Shown here one piece after another: positions 7,783-14,251 of a stretch of 19,437 nucleotides of DNA (position 1 is the first letter of the stretch; every line of letters begins with the position of its first letter). The notes under the pieces were generated by a model. The model had not been told where the DNA came from. It ran no database searches and saw nothing but the letters and a program-made list of their open reading frames with translations. Both the position numbers and the translations under genes were made by a program. The DNA comes from Candidatus Poribacteria bacterium (GTDB lineage Bacteria; Poribacteria; WGA-4E; UBA9662): positions 1 through 19,437 of the forward strand of contig JAYGDX010000340.1 in NCBI GenBank assembly GCA_046582655.1, given 5' to 3'.

Positions 7783-9222
7783 ATGATGTCGATGCCTCCA
7801 AAAGAGGTTCACCTACGTGACTATTTATCTGTTCTCAGGAAGCATGATTTTTTAATCTGTTTTACTTGCTTGATCATCTTGGGAACTGCGTTAGTCGCTG
7901 GATTCCATTTGCCAAAAACCTACATCGCTTCAGCCTTAATACTGGTCATTGAATCTGCTCCCAACTCATCTGCCTCATCGGTGAACCTTTTTCAGAGTGT
8001 TCTTTCTGGTGGTATTGATAAAAGCGAAGTAGCAACCATCAACCAGCGATTTGCGACTGATTCCATGCTCACCCAAGCCATTGAGAATCTAGAGGATGCT
8101 AATCTTGCAGGTGTTAGATACCTGCCTCCCATCGGTTACTTAAAAAAGCATCTGACGGTTAGAAGCCGACCTGACACGCAATATATCGACATTTCGCTTT
8201 CTCTTACTGAAGAGCAGGGAGGGGAGAGGAACGCAGCATTGCTGATTAATCAGTTGGTCAATGATCTCCAGACGATGCGTCGGCAAGGGGAAATGGATCG
8301 TTCTGCTTATCGAAAACAGCTCCTTGATGAAAAACTGAATGCGTTGCTTGACGAGATTAAAAGCCTTGAAGAATCGGTATTTCAGTTCGCTCGCGAAAAC
8401 GGCACATCTGCTGTCTGGCAAGCTCAACTGTCAGTACTCCTCGATCGGCAAACAAAGTTGCTTGATTTACAAATACAGACAACCAGTCAGTTGAAAGCGT
8501 CAGGTCTTGAACGTAATTATCTCCAAGCGGAAATTGAGAAATATCCTGATTTTGTCAAAACTGGTGAAACATCATCTAAAGATCCCACTAATTATGATCC
8601 AATATGGCTCTCTTATCATTCTATATTGATTGGTTTGGAAACCCAGAAAGTTGGTGTTGAAAGCCGTGTTGGTGAAACATCACCAGAACTAAAAACCTTA
8701 GACAATCAAATTGCCGATCTTAGAGCCAAGTTAGCGAAAGTTTCTGGTGAAAATTATTATGTAACCTCAACCTCACAAGGTTTTTCCCCCACACGCCTTA
8801 GTATTGAAAATCGATTGATTAATCTTGAGGCCAATATTCCCTTCTCACAGAGTCGTTTAGATGAAATTGAATCGGAGCGTCGCGTGTTAGACCTTCAACT
8901 TGAAAATCTGCTTAATCAAGTGCCGGAAAATGAACTATTTTTTGAGAAGTCACGTCGGGAAATTGATGTGATTCATGAACTTAGGAAGGAGATTTTTAAG
9001 CAGGCGTTGAACGCTGAGATTCTATTTTCAGAATCAAACTATTGGAATCGAAGTGCAAAAGGTAGATTGATAACAGGAGGAATTGAAGTCATTGATCCAG
9101 CAGTACCCAGAAAAATTGTCGTCAGTCCCCGAATTAAGCTGATTGGTGCGATTGCAGCCATCATCGGGATCTGCATGGGAATTTCGATGGCTTTAATTCA
9201 TGAGTATTTCAATAGCGACTGA
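7783..9222 (+). CDS. Polysaccharide co-polymerase / chain-length determinant (Wzz/GumC family, no kinase domain)
   Basis: EVHLRDYLSVLRKH, TM1, PKTYIASALILV, long coiled coil, IEVIDPAVP...VSPR and a Gly-rich TM2. Confidence 0.88.
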   Translation: MMSMPPKEVHLRDYLSVLRKHDFLICFTCLIILGTALVAGFHLPKTYIASALILVIESAPNSSASSVNLFQSVLSGGIDKSEVATINQRFATDSMLTQAIENLEDANLAGVRYLPPIGYLKKHLTVRSRPDTQYIDISLSLTEEQGGERNAALLINQLVNDLQTMRRQGEMDRSAYRKQLLDEKLNALLDEIKSLEESVFQFARENGTSAVWQAQLSVLLDRQTKLLDLQIQTTSQLKASGLERNYLQAEIEKYPDFVKTGETSSKDPTNYDPIWLSYHSILIGLETQKVGVESRVGETSPELKTLDNQIADLRAKLAKVSGENYYVTSTSQGFSPTRLSIENRLINLEANIPFSQSRLDEIESERRVLDLQLENLLNQVPENELFFEKSRREIDVIHELRKEIFKQALNAEILFSESNYWNRSAKGRLITGGIEVIDPAVPRKIVVSPRIKLIGAIAAIIGICMGISMALIHEYFNSD

Positions 9223-9249
9223 AACATTCTTATCCATAATAATTCCCTG

Positions 9250-9278
9250 ATTTAGTTGACAATTTGGGTCAACTAAAT
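9250..9278. promoter_or_regulatory. Perfect 11-bp inverted repeat ATTTAGTTGAC-N7-GTCAACTAAAT (operator or terminator)
   Basis: Directly visible between the wzz-like gene and the first TPR-GT gene. Overlaps TTGACA (9256-9261) and is followed by TCTTCTTT. Confidence 0.6.
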
Positions 9279-9336
9279 TCTTCTTTAATAATCTCAGTGC
9301 TATCACCTTGAAATTGGCGGGCAGTTCTAGATCCTA

Positions 9337-11367
9337 ATGCGTAAAGGTTATAGGTCCAACCTTGATACAAAAGCTGCACTCGATCAAGCTATCTCACACC
9401 ACCAAAAAGGCAAACTTCGTCCAGCTGAACTGATATACAAGAATATACTGGAATCCCAACCAAGAAACGCGGAAGTTTTACACCTTCTGGGATTACTCGC
9501 TTGGCAGAAAAATAAGTGTGAAGCTGCAATTGATCTCATCAAACAAGCTACCCGAATTAAGCCAGAGAATTCATTGTTTTTATGGGATCTGGCTAGATTC
9601 CTGCATGATACCGGCTGTTTGAACCAAGCTATACAAATATATCAACAAGCGCTGAAAGTTGTTCCTGAAGATTCAGCAATAGGCAGAGAACTGGTGTCTG
9701 TCTTACATCAGGCAGAAGAGCCTGACGAGGTACTAAAAGTCCTTCAGCATATAGTGGATACCAACCCAAGCGACACTGTATCTCATATTGAATTGGGTAA
9801 CTTCTTGCAGTCGGCAGGTAGATTTGAGGAAGCAATTCGAGTTTATCAAAAAGCTATCAGCATCGATTCTAATGCCTACGCAGCATATAATAATTTGAGC
9901 GTTGCTCTGTGTAAGACAGCGAGATTTGACCAAGCCATTCAAGCTTGTCAGAAGGCGATACATATTTTTCCCAACTATTATGAAGTTTATGTTAACCTTG
10001 GTAACATTTACGAGGCAGTGAAACAGTTTGGCCAAGCAGTTGAATCCTACCAGAAAGCGATCAGAATTAATTCGGAGGTGGCAGGAGTTCATTTTAGCTT
10101 GGGTAATGTTCTTAAGGAATTAGGTAGACATGAAGAAGCAATTCAAGCCTATCAGCGGGTATTTCTCCTTAACCCTGATTATGCTGAAGCTCATTATAAT
10201 CACGGTGTTGTTTTGCAGGATCAAGGCAAGTTTAATCAAGCAGTTGAATCCTATCAGGCAGCGATCAGAATCAATCCGGACTATGCCCAAGCATATAATA
10301 ATTATGGATTCATACTGCATAAGCAGGGGAAGTTCCACGAGGCCATTCATCAATACCGCCACGCTATTGATCTTGATCCCACTATCGCTCAAGCACATAC
10401 CAATCTGGGCATAGCCTTGTTGCTGACTGGACATTTTAAGAAAGGTTGGCAGGAATATGAATGGCGTCTAAAGACAGAATTATATCAACCCTACGCCAGA
10501 AACCTTCCACAACCTAGATGGCACGGTTGCGATTTAAAGAATAAGACTATTCTAGTTTGGGCGGAGCAGGGAATCGGCGATCAAATTATGTTTGTTAATG
10601 TATTTCATCTTCTGGCACAGAAAGCCCAAAGAATTATGGTTGAAATTGAACCACGTCTTGTCTCTGTCTTTCAACGTTCATTTCCTGATATCATTTTTTT
10701 CCCACAGCTTGATCCTCCCGATTCACGCGTTCTAGATCATTCTATCGACTACCAGATTCCAATCGCCAGTTTGGCCCAACATTTTCTGAACACTGAAAGC
10801 TCCTTCCCCAAGCGCAAATCTTATTTGGTACCATGTTCCGAAAAAAAACGACAGTTTAGGCATAGGTATCAAAAAATTGCTGATGGAAGATTGTTGGTTG
10901 GTATTTCATGGAAAGGAGGTAACAGAGAGAAAGAATCACGAACTATCCCGCTTGAACAATGGGCTGATTTGCTTGCTGCTGACAATTGTTGTTTCATCAA
11001 TCTCCAATATGGTAATGTTACCGAGGAAATCGGGGAGTTTGCTGCGGCGACTGGTGTTTCTATCCACTGTGATAATCAGGTTGATTCCAGTCAAGATCTT
11101 GATGTTTTCTTTGCACAGGTTGCTGCTATGGATTTAGTTGTTTCTATCGCTAACAGTACCGCTCACATTGCTGGTAGTTTGGGCAAGTCGGCGCTGATTT
11201 CCCTCCCTTATGTTCCTGATTGGCGTTGGATGATCGACCGGGCTGACTCACTGTGGTATCCCGAAATTACACTCTTTCGCCAAAAGAGAGAGGGGGACTG
11301 GAGTAAGGCACTCCAAGAAGTCGCGGTTGCTTTAGCTCAGTTTACACTAACGAGAGGAAATTGTTAG
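9337..11367 (+). CDS. TPR-repeat protein with C-terminal GT-B (GT9-like) glycosyltransferase domain; candidate flagellin glycosyltransferase
   Basis: About ten 34-aa TPRs, then GWQEYEWR, WAEQGIGDQIMF, GISWKGG, INLQYG, DLVVSIANSTAHIAGSLG and DWRW...SLWYP. Confidence 0.9.
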   Translation: MRKGYRSNLDTKAALDQAISHHQKGKLRPAELIYKNILESQPRNAEVLHLLGLLAWQKNKCEAAIDLIKQATRIKPENSLFLWDLARFLHDTGCLNQAIQIYQQALKVVPEDSAIGRELVSVLHQAEEPDEVLKVLQHIVDTNPSDTVSHIELGNFLQSAGRFEEAIRVYQKAISIDSNAYAAYNNLSVALCKTARFDQAIQACQKAIHIFPNYYEVYVNLGNIYEAVKQFGQAVESYQKAIRINSEVAGVHFSLGNVLKELGRHEEAIQAYQRVFLLNPDYAEAHYNHGVVLQDQGKFNQAVESYQAAIRINPDYAQAYNNYGFILHKQGKFHEAIHQYRHAIDLDPTIAQAHTNLGIALLLTGHFKKGWQEYEWRLKTELYQPYARNLPQPRWHGCDLKNKTILVWAEQGIGDQIMFVNVFHLLAQKAQRIMVEIEPRLVSVFQRSFPDIIFFPQLDPPDSRVLDHSIDYQIPIASLAQHFLNTESSFPKRKSYLVPCSEKKRQFRHRYQKIADGRLLVGISWKGGNREKESRTIPLEQWADLLAADNCCFINLQYGNVTEEIGEFAAATGVSIHCDNQVDSSQDLDVFFAQVAAMDLVVSIANSTAHIAGSLGKSALISLPYVPDWRWMIDRADSLWYPEITLFRQKREGDWSKALQEVAVALAQFTLTRGNC

Positions 11368-11430
11368 TTGTTGTTTAAGATACCTGCATGATACTAGGCG
11401 AAAATATTTTTGGATGTGGTTGCTTACATA

Positions 11431-11841
11431 ACCTGTGGTGCTAGTTTTAAAGGCTGAATTCAGCAATGGAGTGTTGAACAAATCCCTTCTCATCAGGTTG
11501 CGGGCCATTCCACCGAACCAAGATGTTGAATAGAGCTATGGTGAAGCCAAGTTTCCCTTCTCAACCATGGCCAAAAGGCTCGTTTCCCACATCCTTTGAG
11601 TGCATTAAGTAAAGCCAAAGTTACGACTTCAGTTAAGGATAGGGTTTGGCTTGGCTGTGTTTATGGTTTAGTCCAGATTCTCTAAGTTTATCATCTACAC
11701 AACAAAACAATTGTGTGATAAAATCTATTGTGGTCATCAGGTATTCTTCCTCTCGTCAATCAAGTTTTTGATGATTCACTTGTATTAGCAGGAAGTCAAT
11801 CATCTCTACCTTAATGACCACAAATAACTAGCACCAAAGGT
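11431..11841 (-). mobile_element. Internally deleted, non-autonomous IS982-like insertion sequence (MITE-like), 411 bp
   Basis: Terminal inverted repeats ACCTGTGGTGCTAGTT (11431-11446) and AACTAGCACCAAAGGT (11826-11841), 15/16 match. Flanking direct repeat TACATA (11425-11430 and 11842-11847). Transposase fragments inside. Confidence 0.85.
11447..11737 (-). pseudogene. Transposase remnant (IS982-family-like): N- and C-terminal fragments, catalytic core deleted
   Basis: Manual translation gives MTTIDFITQLFCCVDDKL...HSQAKPYP* (11737-11633), frameshifted EVVTLALLNALKGCGKRAFWPWLRRE (11630-11553), then LGFTIALFNILVRWNG...SIAEFSL* (11551-11447). The stop abuts the inverted repeat. SD GAGAGGAAG upstream. 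Confidence 0.78.
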
Positions 11842-11949
11842 TACATAATGGAAAATGGATGTAACTCTGTACTTGGGCTTAGATAAATCGGTGAATCAAC
11901 CGGATTATGATGAAAACTCGACGCGATCGACACCAATTGGATGTAAACG

Positions 11950-13872
11950 ATGATTGAACCAGCTGAGGAAATTACCATTGAAGATGCTTTTCATCGAGCA
12001 GTTCGCTACCATAACGATGGGGAATTTGGCTATGCCGTGGAGCTATACACACAGATTCTTGAGGTTTCCCCCAATCACCCGGATGCAATGCACTTATTGG
12101 GGGTTCTTGGTAGTCAATTCGGCCAACACGAAGAAGCAGTCAGTCTAATTAATCAAGCGATAGGAATTTTACCGGATCAGCCAATATATCGTATTAATCT
12201 TGGTAATGTCTTGCAGGCTCAAGGCAAATTTGAAGAGGCTGAACAGTCTTACCAACAAGCTATTGATATCAATCCTGCCATGGCGGAAGCCCACTATAAT
12301 CTGGGTTGTGTTCTTGAACAACAGGATCGGATTAACGATGCTGTTCAGGCTTATCAAAGCGCGATAAATCATAGATCCGACTATATTGAAGCTCTCAATA
12401 ATCTTGGCAATATACACAAAACACTGGGGGATTTGGAGGAGGCCACACGGGTTTATGAACAGGTACTTGGCATTAATCCTGATGTGAACGAGACTTTATA
12501 TAATCTTGGTGTAGTTAAGCAAAAGCTAAATCAGCTGGATGACGCAATGGCATATTACAGTCGAGCAATTCAGGCGGGCGCATCATTTACTGATGCCCAC
12601 AGGAATCTTGGTTATCTTCTTAGGGAAAGGCAAGAATTGGATGAGTCCGTACAGATTTATCGCCAAGCTCTTGAGATTGAGCCTAATAACCCGGAGGTAC
12701 ATATTGAGTTGGCCTTTGTTTTGCTTTTACAAGGAAATTTCAGGCAAGGCTTGGAAGAATACGAATGGCGCTGGGAATCAAAACGCCTTTCACTCTTCAA
12801 GCGGGAATTTATTCAACCGTTTTGGGATGGTTCTCCACTTGATGATAAAACAATACTATTGCATGCCGAACAGGGATTTGGTGATACTATTCAATTTGTC
12901 AGGTATGCTGATCTCATTACCAACTCCAATATAAAGATAATTGTCGAATGCCAATCGGAACTGGTTACATTGCTTGAAGGTATGGACAGTATCAATCAGG
13001 TCATCCCCAAAGGGGAATTGCTCCCTGATTTTGACGTGTATGCCCCCATGCTTAGCTTGCCTTATATTCTGAAGACGGATGTAGACTCTATTCCTAATCA
13101 AGTTCCCTATCTATGCTCGACCACACCAGACGCAGCAGTTAACTTGAATGCTGAAAATAAGTTTAAAATCGGCCTTGTCTGGGCTGGAAACCTGGAAAAT
13201 GAGATTGAAAACTGGTTGATATTAGCCTCTGCCAGTAGATCAATTGAACTGCTGGACTTTGCTCCGTTATTTGAACTTAACGCTTGCCAGTTCTACGGTC
13301 TGCAAATTGGTTCAGCAAGAACTGATATTATCATCTATGATTTTGAAGATGAAATTATAGATTTGGGATCGTCTTTTAATGATTTCTCTGAGACCGCAGC
13401 TACTATTATGCAACTTGATCTAGTGATTAGTGTCGATACTGCTGTCGCTCACTTAGCTGGAGCCTTAGGTAAGCCTGTATGGACTTTATTACCTGCCGTA
13501 CCTGACTGGCGTTGGATGCTCAACCGGTCAGACACCCTATGGTACCCGACTATGAAACTTTTCCGACAGGAAGATGTTGGGAATTGGGGAACGGTTATCC
13601 AAAAGGTAAAAACAGAGCTTACACAACTAATGGGAAATCGATCTCAACCGCTATCCGAAACACGGACTTACAATCTGAGAGAAGCTGTCCAGTTGATAGG
13701 AATTAGCGCTAACACGTACAGAAACTGGGAGCGGCGTGAATTAATATCGCCAGTACTGCGTGATCCCAAAAATAATAGGAGATGTTTCACTGAGGGAGAT
13801 ATCAGGCGTCTAAAGGTGTTTGTTGACCAAAGAAAGAAAGGTCGAGAATCCTCAGATAATGCTGACAAGTAA
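11950..13872 (+). CDS. TPR plus GT9-like glycosyltransferase fused to a C-terminal MerR-family HTH
   Basis: About eight TPRs. EQGFGDTIQFVRY, GLVWAGN, DLVISVDTAVAHLAGALGKPVW, DWRW. C-terminal YNLREAVQLIGISANTYRNWERRELISP..RDPKNNRRCFTEGDIRRL. Confidence 0.9.
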   Translation: MIEPAEEITIEDAFHRAVRYHNDGEFGYAVELYTQILEVSPNHPDAMHLLGVLGSQFGQHEEAVSLINQAIGILPDQPIYRINLGNVLQAQGKFEEAEQSYQQAIDINPAMAEAHYNLGCVLEQQDRINDAVQAYQSAINHRSDYIEALNNLGNIHKTLGDLEEATRVYEQVLGINPDVNETLYNLGVVKQKLNQLDDAMAYYSRAIQAGASFTDAHRNLGYLLRERQELDESVQIYRQALEIEPNNPEVHIELAFVLLLQGNFRQGLEEYEWRWESKRLSLFKREFIQPFWDGSPLDDKTILLHAEQGFGDTIQFVRYADLITNSNIKIIVECQSELVTLLEGMDSINQVIPKGELLPDFDVYAPMLSLPYILKTDVDSIPNQVPYLCSTTPDAAVNLNAENKFKIGLVWAGNLENEIENWLILASASRSIELLDFAPLFELNACQFYGLQIGSARTDIIIYDFEDEIIDLGSSFNDFSETAATIMQLDLVISVDTAVAHLAGALGKPVWTLLPAVPDWRWMLNRSDTLWYPTMKLFRQEDVGNWGTVIQKVKTELTQLMGNRSQPLSETRTYNLREAVQLIGISANTYRNWERRELISPVLRDPKNNRRCFTEGDIRRLKVFVDQRKKGRESSDNADK

Positions 13873-13918
13873 ATACCGTGTGGTTTAGATGCACGCTTTA
13901 CAACGACCATGTTTAGCT

Positions 13919-13938
13919 TGGTTGAAAACCATTTTTTT
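13919..13938 (+). terminator. Possible weak intrinsic terminator
   Basis: TGGTT-gaa-AACCA followed by T7. The stem is short. Confidence 0.3.
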
Positions 13939-13995
13939 GCGTGTGGATTCTGGAATTATATCCGCGAGGTACTATCTTCCGGTTTGGTCATGCAC

Positions 13996-14027
13996 GAAAT
14001 ACCAATCTCCTGAAATACCAATCTCCT
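13996..14027. repeat. Perfect 16-bp tandem duplication GAAATACCAATCTCCT x2
   Basis: Directly visible at 13996-14011 and 14012-14027. Confidence 0.95.
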
Positions 14028-14105
14028 AAAGTGATTCTCCATTGCCTTTGCCATCCTGATTATATAGCTTTAATTGTTGCTGACTAATTTTTTTTTTGTT
14101 TTGGC

Positions 14106-14135
14106 TAAAGTTGTACATTAAGTTGTCGACGATAA
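14106..14135 (+). promoter_or_regulatory. Putative sigma28 (FliA) promoter of flagellin
   Basis: TAAAGTT at 14106. The -10 is either GTCGACGA at the canonical 15-nt spacing or GACGATAA (7/8 to GCCGATAA) at 18 nt. Preceded by a T10 tract. Confidence 0.5.
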
Positions 14136-14251
14136 TAACCATGGCCTTTATAGAACCACAAGATCGCGGCTCCGTTTGGCGAGCATTTTAAGCAGGATTT
14201 TCTGCGCAAAAACCCTACATTTTAATCTTAATCATGAGAGGAAGTAATTAA

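Noticed and set aside
11483..11563. TCCCTTCTCA direct repeat inside the IS remnant
   Set aside because: Both copies lie in transposase-coding fragments and do not flank the deletion junction, so it is probably coincidental.
11400..11870. Large multi-branched structured ncRNA (many apparent helices closed by a long-range stem)
   Set aside because: The closing stem is better explained as IS terminal inverted repeats with a target duplication, and the interior translates to transposase fragments. No RNase P, tmRNA or intron motifs were seen.
13996..14027. CRISPR array
   Set aside because: Only two directly adjacent 16-bp copies, no spacers and no cas genes.
13873..14250. c-di-GMP riboswitch upstream of flagellin
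   Set aside because: The GEMM consensus elements (GGCAAAC...GAAA...GACGCAAAGC) were not found in order on either strand.
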